From Phoronis australis (lineage: Eukaryota; Animalia; Phoronida): a stretch of DNA of 64,000 nucleotides. A program made the translations under genes and the position numbers. Below, piece by piece: positions 24,201 through 39,200 of the stretch. The notes beneath the pieces were generated by a model that was given only the letters and a program-made list of their open reading frames with translations, had not been told where the DNA came from and did not search any database. The stretch is taken from NCBI GenBank assembly GCA_002633005.1, contig NMRA01000007.1, positions 304,465-368,464 of the forward strand. Direction: 5' to 3'. Position 1 is the stretch's first letter. Every line of letters begins with the position of its first letter.

Positions 24201-27200
24201 CTAACCACTTATTGTGTTGTAGCTGCGACAATTCAAGGTGTCTGGGAACCACCAGAGTCCCATCTCCTGCTTGGAGTTCAGTAGTAATGGAGTGAAGCTG
24301 TTTTCAGGAGACAACGATGGGTTGATTTGCCTGACTGAGTTACATCTTGATGAAGTGAGTGATAGTCTTAGTAAAGTTGTGTCATGTTAAAGTTGTTGAC
24401 TCGTATTCTTTGAGCAACTCTCTTGCATTGTGTTGTAATTAAGTGGATTTCATACCATCCAGCTAATTGTAAATGTCTGTGTATCCTTCATCAGAATATA
24501 CGGTTACACGCAATGTTTAGAATTTATATTGGATTAATACCTGCAACTTGAAATAGCTGTTACGGTATTAAGCAAGTCTGTGTTTTGCCACATGTCTGCA
24601 AAACTATTGACTTCTTTTGGTAAAAGTAAACACTTTTGAAAAATAAATGTGATTTATTTAAACTTAGGAGGAAAAAATGACAATAATGGGGGTATGAAAT
24701 GCAGCTTTATTCTGCAGAAGTATAAATAAAACTTATAAAATCACTGGCTCTTCCTTAGGTAAGTGAAAAATTTATGATGACTACACGCAGGTATGCATTA
24801 ATGGTATAAAACGGAGACAAATTTAAATAAGCAGAGAGAACATGGAAATCAGATATAATGACCCATGTATCCCATGTACATGACTTTTGTTTAGAATTTC
24901 GTGTTTGGTGTCAAATTTTAAAGACAGATGCCTTAATAGAAAAAAGCACAGAACACTTTCATGCAACATTTGCCACTACTGTGTGGCGTTGTATCTCTGT
25001 CAAAAGATTTATTTAAAAACGCCTCCACTTTGTAAACGTTTCTCTGTATTCTACCTGATCTGCAATGAGGGACATTCTCGTTTTCCAGAGTAAATGCCTG
25101 TCCTCCATTCTTCATAAGGAAACTCAGAGCATTGTTCAGCTGCAATATAACTATTTCACATTGCTGGCGTCAACGAAGTTGAGAACGGTACTGTGTAAAA
25201 CTGACAATGGCAATACAACAGTTGTGCAAGTGGGGACAAAGGACAGGAAATGGTAGGATACCAGAGCAATTGTGAATTAAGTTATTTTTTAAATTAAGGT
25301 GGTATTTGCATGTGCTAGCTTCATTTATGGAAGGAACTGCGAAGTGGTGTTATTTTTAACATATCCTAACTTAAAGGTACTGATCAGTAGTTCCTGTCGT
25401 AGATAATAGGGCCGTCCAAGATTACATGACTACAGAACTCAACTTTATCCAGGAGATGAGAAAGCCTGTGACCTAGTTTTGAAAATAAGGCACATTTTTT
25501 GTGTCTATCATTGATGTCAGGAAGGCGAAGAATTTCAGGTCACACACCCATGGGTATTTGTCCAGTTTATCAATTTTTTTCATGTTGGAAGTTGCAGCCC
25601 ACAGCACAGCAGTAATACTTTGTATTGGAAGGATGAATAGAGTAATCCAACAGAGAAAATGTTGTAAAGAATCAGACAACAACAAATAACATGTGAAACT
25701 CCATGGCACGAAAACGAGGCAGCTAATGTGCCTGTCATTGTGGGCAAATACTGTGAGATTCGAGTGTCGGTATGTCATCCGGGATGGCCCTATTCTTAAA
25801 TGTTGAAATAAAAAGTGCAAAAAGATGACTCTTCCTTTTACAGCATTCCTCGTATCACCTGTGACATGCAGTGTTATTTCGAACCTGAATGTTACACTAC
25901 TGCCTAAACTGACTGAACAGTGTTTTTCCAGTCCACTACTCTGACTGAACATGGGTTTAGGATTTGTGTTGGATTTTTTCTACACAAAAACATTTTTGAA
26001 AAACGTTGAGCAACTTACATGCCAATATGTATTTGTACTGTGACAGTAAGTTGTTTATCATGGTGACTTGTGCAATCACTTATATACAAAGATGAGTGTT
26101 TGGAATACAAATCGTTTAAAGGTCTTATGAAAATTTGAAATGTCTTGAACTTGTGTGTGCTTATACTTCTGTAATAAATTTCTTTTCATACATGCAAAAT
26201 ACCAGGTGTTTTTTTTAATAGCCATTGTCATCTGCCAAGCTAGTTATTGCTTTCCATTTTTGCCAACTCACAGTTTTATCAATGTTTCAAGAGATATCAC
26301 AGTACAAACGTTTTGCTTTGCAGTCCTGGTCCGTTTGGTGGTTGCTACAAAAATAGTCAGTGTAAAGCAAGCGAAGCCCAGCTCTACGCATCGAGACCTG
26401 GCTTCAGAGTCTGGCTAGCATCCATTGATGGTGTGGTCTCAACCACGTTTATGTTCAAAGACTTTGTTATGAAGGCTGTGGTCAACATTCCCCTTACACA
26501 GTCTGTGACACAGGTTGTGAACCTGGCCAGTGCAACTGACAAACAGTTCGGTCCATTGTTGAATTTAGGGGAGGACAAGTTGGTGACTTGGAATGGCAAT
26601 GAAGTGTACGTGCTCAACGTTAGTAACCAGAGTCTGGTGGCCTGCACTGGTAATATTGGACCTCTTGTGTCAGTGGCGGTGCATAAAAATGAACTGTTTA
26701 TCTTACGCATGGGCCTCTGGGACAGGCGAGTCATTAGAGTCTCTTCAACACCTGAGGTGAAGCCTGTTATAGGTATGGGAATTTTTTGTTGTTTTTTTCT
26801 TGTTCTAGAAGAGTTAGTATGATGTACTGTGCGTGAGAAGTCAACTGGAATTCCGCAAAAACATTTTATTTTAACCATAATCTACGTGTGTTAATTAAGA
26901 ACATAGTTTAGCTCGGTCTTATAAAGTAGTTTTGGTAAATAGTTTGTGAAAATATATCAGTAACAGCAAAGCAAAAACTGTATTGGCGAAAAACAAATGC
27001 AAATACAAGACTGCGGTCAAAGGTCAGTATAACAAACCGCAAGTTCAAAACTGATTGAAACACTTTGGTGGATGGCAGATGTGTTTCTACTTAAAAGAGC
27101 ATCTCTGACCACAGTTTTTGGACAGGTCTGAGTATTGTGGCATCCTTAATGCCAATTTTATTTTTTGCCTGTGGCTCAATATCTACCACATTCTTTGAGG

Positions 27201-30200
27201 AGAGCATTGATGACATGCTTTGAGCCCTCTACAGGCTATTTTAAGTATTACTGACCATGTTTAACGTAATGATCATCCCTTGTATCTGCGCCCTATGAAA
27301 TGCATACAGTGGATGCAAATCATTGCTCCTCCTTGCTGTTGTTCATCACTATGACATTATTTGGGTACATATTGGGTTGGACCAGGTATTGCATATGTAT
27401 GGATTTGAATCGTTGTGTTTTGATCCCAGTTGTACTCCCATAGATAATGTGTTGGGGATGTGCTGCTCAGATTAGTGACAAGTTTACTGGTATTGCTCCC
27501 TCTAGTGGGATTGTCTACAGTAATGATCATACCTTGTGGCTGTGCTGTATGTGATGAACTGCATTTAAAACACGACTAAATTTTTTGTTTGAAAGCTTGA
27601 TACACTACTAGCAACTCTGTATCAAGCTTTCAAACCAAAAGTTTAGTCGTGTTTTCAACGACGTTTGTGTTAACGGAGGGATGTTACCAAACTATACCGT
27701 ATGTGATGAATGCATGCGTGTCAACGCTCTGCACTGCTCTTGCTTGTAAAGTAGTTATCTTTAATTTCATCTGTTCGTAGGGCGTGTGAATCTCAATTCA
27801 TTTACGAGCAATCCCACTCACAACATACCTGCCAGAAGATCACCTCAACAACTTGCTTCAGCAGCTGATGAACACAGTCATCTGTCTCAGCTTAATCTCA
27901 AGAATCCATTCACAAACTTCATTGACAAAGTCATTAAAAATCCAGTCTTTCAACATACTAGCGAGGCACCAAGGTTAGAGCGTGAGGATGACTTGAAGAA
28001 ACCTGTTGCTGTTTATCCTAAAAAAGAGACTGAGGCTGAAGCCAAACCAGAAGAACTTCCACCAATTGTGCAGCTGAACATGTCTGATATTGCACCACTA
28101 GAGGTCTCTGATGAGCACAAACCTCAGCTGGAAGAGCAGATTAAAGACTCGAATGGAATTTTTAGGACTGAAGATAAGATGGGGAATGGTTCGCATGTTA
28201 TTAGTATTAGTGTGTCTGAGTGTGTTGGAGAAGGAAAGGAAGCTGTATTTGAAGAAAGATGTGAGCCTCAAGACTCTCCTGAGGTCAGAACTGGGGCTAC
28301 TCAGGTAAAGAATCAGCAATTGAAAAATCAACTGATTTCTGCACAATTCAGCAATGGCTCTGGAGCTAAGGGCGAGGTGAAGAGTCGTGAGGCTGTTCTA
28401 CAAGAGATTAGTTTGCAGCAGTATGATGACAATATAGTGTTTGCCGCATCTGTGAAACCTAAAAAGACAAAGAAGAAGAAGAGAGGTTTGTAGTCAGTCG
28501 ATACAGTATAGGGACGTCCCAGATTACAAAGCAGCACTCAAACATTGCTGTGTTTACCCACAATGCTGCAATATCCGCCGGGCGCTTTTGTACCCTAACG
28601 TTTTTTGCACCACTGGAGTTCTACATGTTCTTTGTTGTATCTTTAAAAGTTTTCCTTGGCTGCATTTCTCTAACCATCCATTTAATTCCAGCTGTTGTGC
28701 TGTGAACTGGATAAACTTGAACATTATCAGTTTTTTGCCTTCCCGACATCATTCAGGGACAAGAAAATGTAAAGCTAGTGGATAAAACAAGTCTCTCAGG
28801 TTAATTTTGAATGGAAAAGAGCGCTCTTTCTTAAAGATTCCCTTTCAGTTCCGGTGTTTTTGATTGGTTGGTTGAAATCATGAAATTTACACAGGCATAC
28901 ACCTTGACAATTTCTGATATGACCTATGAAAGTGTGCCTAACATTCCAAAACAAGGCACGTGCTTTCTTATCTCCAGGACAAAGGAGATTTGTTTATTGC
29001 CATGTAGTCCGGAACGACCCTGGCAGAGATTGGAAATCAATCTAGCTACAATTTTGGTGTGTTTTAGTTAAGACAATTACAACTAGTGCAATATTGATAG
29101 TTATTGCGTATGTTTGGTTCCCACTAGGCAGGTAATGTAATTAGATGCTTTTCATAAATTTCATTTGTATTTTCATCTCAGCAGTTGGATTTTATTGTGT
29201 TGTATTGTGTGTTTTGTTTTTTATTCAGTTGCTGTGAACCATCAGGATTCTGACAGTGTTGCATCAGGTGACACAGACAGTGTGTCACAGACAAGCGGCA
29301 TAAGTCCCATGCGCAGTCCAGCGTACAGCCCTCGACCAATGAGTCCACTGCACGAGTCTCGGGAAACGTCAGGTGATCAGTGTCAGTCTGTTGTCGAGGA
29401 TGACTTGTACTCAATGCTGATTTTACCTGAGAGACTGCAGACAAAGGTTGAACAGCTTGATGATAAGGCAGATGACAATTCAAGGGGAGATAACCCTGCG
29501 TGTAATACATCCACTTTGGGTGAAACCGCTGCCAAAAATGGCAATGCTCAAGTACCACCAAAGGAGACAAATAGAAAACTTGACGTTCCTAATCAACTCC
29601 CACGCAAAACTTATTTGTCTGCTTTTGTGGATCACTTTGATTCAGCGGTGAGCAGTATTATTTCTCACAAGCAAGTTTCACAGTTGGATGCGGATTTAGT
29701 GCCAGTCATAGCGAAAAAGTGTAACAACAGTTCTCTTAGGTCGTCTCAGTCTGACAAGAGTAGAGAAAACACACCTGAGAAAGACCTAGAGTTTTTGCCA
29801 ATCAATCAAGTTAAGTTATCCAACGAGGAAAAGCTTCTGCAAACATTATTGACGTCTGATGACGAGGAGTGCAATGAAACTAAACCGGATGTTACATCGT
29901 CAGAAGTGAAAAGTATTTCAGAGGAAGAAGACTTATTTGAAAATAATCCATTGGCCAATTCAGAGGCGTCAGTTGAAAGACAGGAATCTTGGGATTTTGA
30001 CATTTACGGTACACGCACAATATCAGAAAGCAGTCTCGAAGAAAATGCCATTCTTACACCGGAAGTGAAAGAGGCACCTGAAGTTGAAGTGGTGGAGGAA
30101 AGTAGTGATTCGGCGAAGATCTCTGCATTGCTGCATTCCAAGTACAGTTCATCAAGAGGTCAGTCTTTAAGGACTGATGATCAACTCAGCTCTAGCAATG

Positions 30201-33200
30201 GTAGAGGTGAGGTAGCAAGTTCAGACAGTGAAGAAGTGCCATGTCTATGGCCTAAAGTGTCTGAGAGCTGGATGGCTTACTCGACTAGTGGCAATATTCA
30301 GAGTCTGGCCATCTCTGCTACGCATGTCTGGTACGTAGATAAAAGTGAAAATGCTTATTGCAGCAAGCTGAGTGAACCGTCTGTGTCGTGGAAGAAAGTG
30401 GACCAACCAGCCAGCCAGTTGGTAGTGTCGCCATCTGGTAGCATCGTCTGGAGGCTCCACAAAAACTGCGTGTATGCTGGCTCGAAGATCACAAGCAAAT
30501 ACCCATGGGGTATGAAGTGGAATAGTTTTGCAACAGAGGTAGAAGTTATTGCACTCGATGACAAATGTGGCTGGTGAGTTGAGCTGTTAAGTCCCACGCA
30601 GAAGTAATTAGGTCAAACCGAAGTCACAATGTCAAACTCAAATAAATCCACTTAGCGCTGATGAAGTGTCCTGTAGAAACGATTGATGAACGAACTCTGT
30701 GTGATCCAGGGTATTATCGTATGTAATCGGCAACGCTAACTCTCTCTATTGATAACCCAAACCAAGGGTTCTAAAAACTCAAACTAATGCCATGGTTTTC
30801 AAAGATGACACTGCACTTGGCTTTAACTTGTGCCTGTTTTAAATATCTTATACTTGTCTTTTGAATACCAGTGGACTTCATTGATTAATGGAAGTAAGAC
30901 ACACTGGGGACTACTGGGAAACATAGTGTGTTGAAGCACATTCATGAGTCCAGAAAATGAAAATCTAATTTTCTATTTTAGACTATAATTTGGGTCCATT
31001 GATCCACTATGATGTTTTCAGTCCTAATTAACTAAACAGAGATTTCCCTTTGCATTTGAGGAGTCTAAATGTGTTTATTAAGGAGGCAATTACCCTACAC
31101 TTTCTGTCAATATCCAACTTTTGATTTAGGCCAGTTACTGTAATAAAATCGTCCTCATCTTCTTCCTTGCTTAGATTAGAAATGATTTTTAGATTTGTCA
31201 AGAACTGACAGGTCTCTCAGTGCTCCTGGCCAGGCCCATTATTTTGTTTCCCATTGAGGATTAGTTTTAGTTGCTAAAGCCTTATAGCCGTCAGAGGAAT
31301 TCCAGGAGATTTCGTGTTAGTAACTGATTTCATTTCAAGCGGAGGTTAAAAACGTGACGATGTTGCATGGTAAAGGCAAATGTGGCTGTGAAGAAAGCAA
31401 CAATATTGTTTAAGGTACCTTTAAGGATGTTGTGTGTCTATGAAGAAAGCAACAATATTGTTTATGGTACCTTCAAGGATGTTGTGTGACTTTGAATTTG
31501 ATGTCGGCTTGTAGTATTTTTAGTTTTTGGTGATTCATGTGATCACAATGTGATTTGTGTGGAATGATATTTACAGGTATATTAAAAGTAACGGAGGTGT
31601 CATGTATCAGCCATCATTGTCTAAGGACAGGCCAACATACAGGTCACTTAGGCCTGTCGGACCAGAAGTACAGCTGATCAAAATAGCATGCGCACATAAT
31701 GTAGTGTGGGGTATCACTGAACAACATGAGCTTGTAGTCAGGCTCGGCATTACAAAGACAGTACCCGGAGGAACAAAGTGGACCAAACTAGAGCTCTCAT
31801 CCAAGTAAGGCTATCTTTCAATTATTTTTTGTTTCCTCTCACCCTACCCTCTCTGCTTCAAGAAGGGTAGGTTGCTAGGAAAAATGTTTTGTGCATTCTC
31901 TTCTCATTGTTAGTTTGGATCCTTTTTGTTGCAAAGATATTTTGTTTTTACAATTGGAAAAAGTACCTTTGTTAGATTGCAAGTGAAATTGTTTTGAGTC
32001 GCACTCACATATTAGTTGATTACGCGAGGGGAACAAACGCACTGTACAAGCCAAAAGTATTCAGACAAAATGAAACAGAATTCCTCATCATGACGGCGAG
32101 ACAGAAGCGGAATTTGTCATCAACGTAGTCTTCCATTGTTACTAAGATGAAGGGGAATTAACGGGAAAGTTGGTGAAGTGGCTAAACCCTTTTGCAATTA
32201 GAATTCCACCTCCCCCTAGTAGTTATTACCAGCCATTTTTGCTGTTATCAGAATAGGGCCGTTCCGGATTACATAGTGACACTCGAATCTCGCTGTATTT
32301 ACCCACAATGCCGTAAACATCCTTCAGGCACATTTGCTACCTCATTTTAGTGCCACCGGAGTTCCACATGTTATTTGTTCTCGTCTGATTCTTCACAAGT
32401 TTTTCTCAGTTGCATTACTCTATTGGTCTTTCCTGTGCCAACGAAGTATTACTGCTGTGCAACTCCGACGTGAGAAAGTTTGATAAACTCAACAAATGTT
32501 CAAGGATGCGTGATGTGAAATTCTTTGCCTTCCCGACATCATCGAGATACATGAAAATGTGCCTTATTACCAAAACGAGGTCACACGCTCTCTTATCTCC
32601 AGGACAAAGGAAAGTTCTATAGCTGTGAAATCCGGGGCAGCCCTATAAACCATCATGATGGAAACATTATTTTGTGTGATTACTTGTGTCTTGTACTGTT
32701 GTCCTAAACTAATCAGACCTGTTGCAGTATTTGCCTTACATTTCTAGTGACTTGCGGTCCATGAGCCCCACCTTCCAAAATTTCGGGGTTCTATTTCAAG
32801 GTCTGTCAGATTAGCGATGCCCAATTGGTCAGAATTAGTCCAAATATTGTATGGCTGTAGACAGACCTTGTTAACATATCATAAAATTGGCGTTTACCGA
32901 TTTTTGTGTAAAGAATTTTGAATTACACTAAGCTTGGTAATCATTGATGAAGTATATGTCCTTTGTCTAGCAATCTGGCTGTACTGCTGAGGTAAGACAG
33001 AGTGTGAATTATTTATAGTTTCATTTGTGACATGATGTATGTAGTGTCTAACACAATTGTTGTTGATCCTTTGGTCTGTATAACTGCATGAAAATTTTGA
33101 GACATCCAGTTGAGAAAACAGATAAAGTTTGAGTCTAATACTGGAATAAAAGAAGCAGTTTAAGATTCGATTTGTCAAACGTATGGGATGGTCTTCTGAC

Positions 33201-36200
33201 GTCAATGTCGTGTTGTCTGGTCAAAACGCCACCAACTGGTCAGAATAACGATGACATCACAAGCCAAGCTGAAGTCCGTGAGATGCGGACCCAACAAAGC
33301 TAAGTTTTGTAAGTTTTTGTTTCAATATTAGACTCAAACTTTATCCACTTTGGTCTGTGCTTACACATCTCTACAGAGATACAATGGACTGGGGACTGCC
33401 GTCACGAATGCCCCCAATGTCCACGTTTTCAAACAGAAATACTGAGACTTTGTGCACAGTTCGAGACTGTAGGCCTCTGCTCATCATTATTTTACTCTAT
33501 TTTATCTTATTTGTTCATCTAATTGTACATATTAACTAATAATGCTAATTTATTTTATGTATTAATATTTTCAATCTAATTGTACATTGCTCTCTGTATT
33601 TTACTTCATATAATTATTTCCGACTGGGCCCACGTGAAAATCTGTGTATTCACTGAAGTGGTCACCCAGTCTTTTAAAGAAGTTGAAATAAATAATGATG
33701 TATTTCTGTCATAACAAGAGGTAATCTGAAAGCCAATGTTAGATACTTTTCCCTTTGTTTGATTGAGATAAATTTTCATTGCTTTTATTTGTTTCATTTT
33801 CTTTAAATATTTCCTAATCATTAAAAATGTGAGACTGAGCATGCTTTTATAAGTCCAAATATCTACAACTTCAAACTAAGATAAAACATGTCCAGGTTGG
33901 TTCACTCTGTCAAAACACCGCATATGATCTCTATCTGTAGTCCAATTTTGGAAAACTTTAAGTGTTACTCGTTTTATTTTAAAATTTGGATTGTTCCTTT
34001 TAAATAACGCCAAATCAAAACAAACCAAGGCTTCTCCCTGTCACAAGGTGTGGAGCTGGCTCAACTCGTTCAGCTCACCAAAAACTACCAATAACTACAT
34101 GTTGTGGAAATCGATGACATTTGGTGTATCCACTCAAAAAAGTAGTTTGTCAAAGAACAATTTAAATCGAAGTTGAAAGCTTGTGAAACTTTAGAAAGAA
34201 AGTCAGCTGGAAATGTAACCTTAACTGGTGTTGAGGAAACGTTACTTACCTGGATTGTATAGGGAACATTAAAAAATGTACTACAGATGCATACCTGTTG
34301 GTGAGTGAATTTATGGAAATCTGGTTTAAAAATCGCCCAAAAGTGATAAGATGGTAGAACAGGGTAGAGTTCCGTAACTCTTTCGTGGCTTGAAAAATCT
34401 TGTCAAAATGAAATATTCTCATTTAAAACAAGACAGCAATATGTTGTGTAATCTCACAGTCTTGCTTTTTAGCAAGGTCCTAGCGTAGGTCCCAGCACTA
34501 CTGAAGTCTACCCTGGCCGTTCACATTGTAAACTCAATAGATCAGCTGTCTGATTGACTTCTGATGGCATGTGAACGCTGTAATATATAAGTGATGAATT
34601 CTGGATTACAAGAATATTTATTTGATATTTTTAGTGGCGACAAATATATTCCAGTAGCTGACATTAGTATCGGAGATAACTCACTAGCTTGGGTTCTTGA
34701 TAAATTAGGACGATTATGGTGCAAGACTGGTGTTACCATGGAAACACCTGAAGGCAGAGACTCTTGGTGGCAGGTATGTATTATGTAATGACTGGATTTC
34801 TTATTCAAAGCTAAAATATTTGTTGAATTCTAAAATCTGTAATTTACTCATATGTACATAATTTGGATGGGATTCAGTTTGCATGTCATGGGAATTTTTA
34901 TATTCAAATATTTGTTAAATTTGAAATTCTGGGATTCTCTCAAACAATTTTTATGGGGTTCGATCTATTTGAGGCAGTTCCAAATGAAACTCATTTAAAG
35001 TTCTCAATGGGTGAACTTGATTGTCTTCGCCGCATCAACCGGCTAAGATGCCAGATTAGCCTATAAGCCGGAAGTGGTCACTGAGAACCAAGTGACAATT
35101 GCTCACGTGCTGGTTTACGGCTCATCTTGTAGCTTCATGTATTGTCATATTCATGGGAATGGTTAATATCTAGTATTTACTTGTGTGCCCTTATTTGTCT
35201 CGGTAATCTGTTTAATATCTGATTTGAAAAGCGTGTACTTAGTTAATTGTGTTCTAAATTTCTACGCATGACTGTAAATTTGTCCATGGCTGTCAATTTT
35301 TTTTGTAAATAAAGAGTCAAGTAATACTATGGTAATTTAAGTTATTTCGCTTAATGACAGTTTTCATGTTTGTATTTTTCAGTCACCAAGTGATTACTTC
35401 ATTTTGACTAAAAATGTAAAAGTTTTCTTAATTTTTTCTTTTTATTGAAAATTTTGATGAAAATAAAACCCCACCTGTCTACGTCGTTGTGTGAGCAATA
35501 GATGAAGAATAACTGGGGCTGCAGTGACTTTAACATCAGCTACATCCAACTGTACTGTGAGATTTCATCCAATTAAGATGAAACCAAGTTATCTGATTGG
35601 CTGATTTCAGAACTAGAACGACCGTACCGCCGAACTTTTTCTGATTTAACCAAAAGTCTCACTCATGCTCGTCCAAGTTAGGCGAGTTTTATTGTTAGCA
35701 TTGATAATGGGCAACTTGAAATTCACGAGGTGTCACATATGAATCAGCAATTCATTTTGGCATACATACCTGAATTCAATTAATCACGTGTCCCTTGTCA
35801 CACCCCCATCCTGACAGTCTGCTTTCTGCTCTTGGTCTATTAGAAGGTTGATTGAAAGGGACCTTTGTTCATTAGTGCCACCTAGTGTATACCGACTCAC
35901 CCATTAGCTTGAGTTTTTGAAAATGTTTAAAAGAATATTTTACAGTTGAAAACGAATATTAGAAAAGAACATACTGTGTTGGTGAAAACGAGAATTGCGG
36001 TAGAGGTATATGGTTGATGATGACCTCTCATGTTCCACAGGTATCTACCAGCGAGTACCTTATGCAGGACCAGGGTAGGGTGCAGGAGACCATCACGGTG
36101 ATGTCTGACATCACACAGAACCTGTCCAAACTGTTGCTAAGCACCCACGGTGGCCTTGTTGCTGCGGGTACGGCTGGCGTCTGGCTGTGTCCTGGCTTGA

Positions 36201-39200
36201 AGAACACTATACAAGCCTGTAGGGACAATCTGATCGGTGTGTAGCAGTGACAGTCACGTATTTTCATTTCAACTGAAAATGACAAGACAACGTGTTTGAA
36301 AATTATGAAGTGTGACAAACATTTGCAAACGATGTGGGCTATATTTTGACACTAGGGACAGAATTTGGCATCTCAGTCAACTTTATGTTTAGTTTTTACA
36401 GATTTTTTGCGACATGATATGGTTAGGCTTTTTCCTTCTTGTAAATGTAGTAACTATGGATTTAAAGATGATTTCAAGTGTCGCTCTGTCAAAGCACTTT
36501 GAAGTTCATTTATAGTGCTGTTACCATGATTACTTGCAGGTCATCAGTGGTGCCTGTTTGCTCAACATGGCATGGCCTCATCGTCCAAGTGGAGTATTGT
36601 GGATGCTTCAATAAATGATGGCAAACAAGGTAAAGAAACAAACTCACATTCAGGTGTCAATTTTGTTGCGTGCCCTGCCCCATTGGTCCACTGTGCATTT
36701 GGTATACGTTTCTCTAAGTGACTTACATGTTTCAGGATCTGTGGGCAGAAGTGATCCATAGCAGTATTTTTTGTGAAGTGAGCCCTGATATGTCCGAAGG
36801 TCTCTGTAGGATGGGAATGTCGAAGAACGCCCATTAGACTGTCTAGCATTATATTATCACCATTCATACATTGAGAGCCTTTTTGCTATAATTAATTTAT
36901 CTGTCTAAGTGCCATGATAATGTGATTTACGTGAAGAACAGTTGCTATATTATGTTAAACTAATGTATCTTAATAGGGACTGTTAAGCATTCAACTAACA
37001 GATTTACTAAATGTGTTTTAGTTGTCTAACTTGAACAACACGTTTTCCACTCTAGGTGCAGTGTGGTTGGTTCATCCCAATGGGGAACTCTTTTGCTTCT
37101 CCCCAACCAACGCCTCATTTGTCAACGTTTCTCGTCCGCGAATCTCTTCATCCAAGAGAGTGGTGCATATCAGTTGCAGTGAAGAAGCCACCTGGGTCCT
37201 TATTGATGATGGCAGAGTGTTTATACGGGACGGTATTAACCACAGGTGTCCCGCGGGCACATCGTGGGTGCCGCTTGTCCTCGAGCAATTAGGTAAAGTA
37301 TGGAGGTAAAACAGTGTTAATAGCTATTTTGGAAAAATTAATTTGTCCACTGTATCATAGCAACTGTGTCATAGCAACTGTGTCATAGCAACTGTGTCAT
37401 AGCAACTGTGTCATAGCAACTGTGTCATAGCAATTGTGTCATTGCCCATAGTGCAGGTAATTATCCACTTATTTTGCACAAAAATGGTGTCCAAAATTAT
37501 TATTTTTCAGTAATTTCTTCAAACGCGGATAACCCTGCTGCAAATTAAGGAAACGGTGTCAAATGTTGTTTTATGAAATCTAGTGCCAACCGTGTTTAGT
37601 AATAGACAAAACAAATTTAATCATTATTATTATGGAGAAATTAACTAAAACTGTACTTCACATGTCAGCCATATTGTGTGTTAATGATTTCTGTATGCTC
37701 TTCTGTGAGTGGACAAGACTGATGCACAGGCAAACCGGGTTACTACAAACTTGGTTTCATTGATTGATTGGTTGAGTATATTAGACTATACTCACATGTA
37801 AAAGAATGACAGTGGAGATGAGGCATGATAAATAAAAGAAGCAGAAAAATGACAATACATGAACGCGTGAAGAACAACATGAGTTCCAGATAACAGCAAG
37901 AAATTAAACACTTATTTTGGTTATGGTTCCTTACAAATAATATAGAAATTAAAAAGAAGTAAAGACGGATGAAAACATTCAAAACACTGTTGACTAGGCG
38001 AAAATAACTAAATTTACTCTTAAATGGGTTGACTGCGTGTGCAAACATGCCTGTTTAATTTTTGTTTATTGTAATTTGGGCCAGAAATAAACAAATATAT
38101 GACTTTGTGTTATATTTTAGTAGTGTCATATGGCATATCTATCACTACCTTGATTATCTCAATTACTACATAACCCAATGACCTCTTTTGTTTTTTTGAT
38201 GAACTAACAAATTGTTGCTGTCAGCCAGTCCTTCATATGCTGATAACACAGCCTCACCTAGAGTATCATCTTCTTGAAGGTGATGCCCGCTTTGTGAACT
38301 TCTCGTGTGGCCTGCAGAATGTGTGGGCTGTGGACGCCCGTGGGACAGTCTACCTTCGTATTGGGGTCAAGGCTCCAGCTGTCCGCTACCTGAACCCCGT
38401 GTGGGTTCCCGTAGACCACCAGTTTACTGGACTATCTAGTCTGTTCACACAAGTGGCAACTGCACCCAATGATTCAATGGTGAGACTGGGCAAATAATGA
38501 GATATAGAATGACACTATCACCTGTACATCTACACATGAAATGCGGAATTCTGTAGATGCCATGTAGCCCTCGTGAGGGCATAAGGGCATCGCAATAGAA
38601 CCTAAAGCCCTAATCTGATCGTCTTCAATATTTTTGATGTAAAACACTTTTTAAATTGATCTCAGATTTTATTTTTTAATATTAATATCGATTTGTAGGC
38701 TATGGAAGAAAGGACAGTCAATTCATAATTGGTGAAGAGTAAAACAGTTCATAGAAGTTTTAAGTTGTACGTTGTCATTTTCTGTGCCAAAAGCAGTGTT
38801 CAATTCAGCTGAACAGGGATCGGACCACTTATGTTCCCAAAGTATAGATAGAATATTAATTGGTGGTGTTGTTAACTCATTCTTTTTTCTGGAAGTGTGT
38901 TTATGCATACGTGCTGATAAACTAACTTTGTTTCAAGGTTTGGGCGATAGACTGCCGTAAAAATGTCTATGTTCGCCAAGGCATCAGTGAGACTATGCCT
39001 ATTGGTACAAGCTGGAAACATGTTCAGGGTAAGGTAACTGAGGTATCTTAAGTACCTCTGGCAATTTTGTAAAGATGCATTCATTTATCACTGATACTTT
39101 TTGAGAAAGTAACCTTAGATATAGGCTTTTGATTGTGCTTAGATTTTACCCATATCTTTCTCAAACTTTTCTTCCTTCTGGTGCAACCAATGGAGAACAG

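Noticed and set aside
21204-26772. HPS5 as the identity of the WD40 gene
   Set aside because: C-terminal TECPR repeats and the terminal DDWELL LIR identify it as TECPR2.
25473-26878. Long antisense ORFs (25473-25952, 26384-26878)
   Set aside because: One overlaps a MITE and the other is the shadow of a TECPR2 exon; neither has recognisable protein motifs.
30657-30705. CTGATGA...GAAAC hammerhead ribozyme-like core
   Set aside because: The intervening sequence cannot form stem II and the flanks give no stems I/III.
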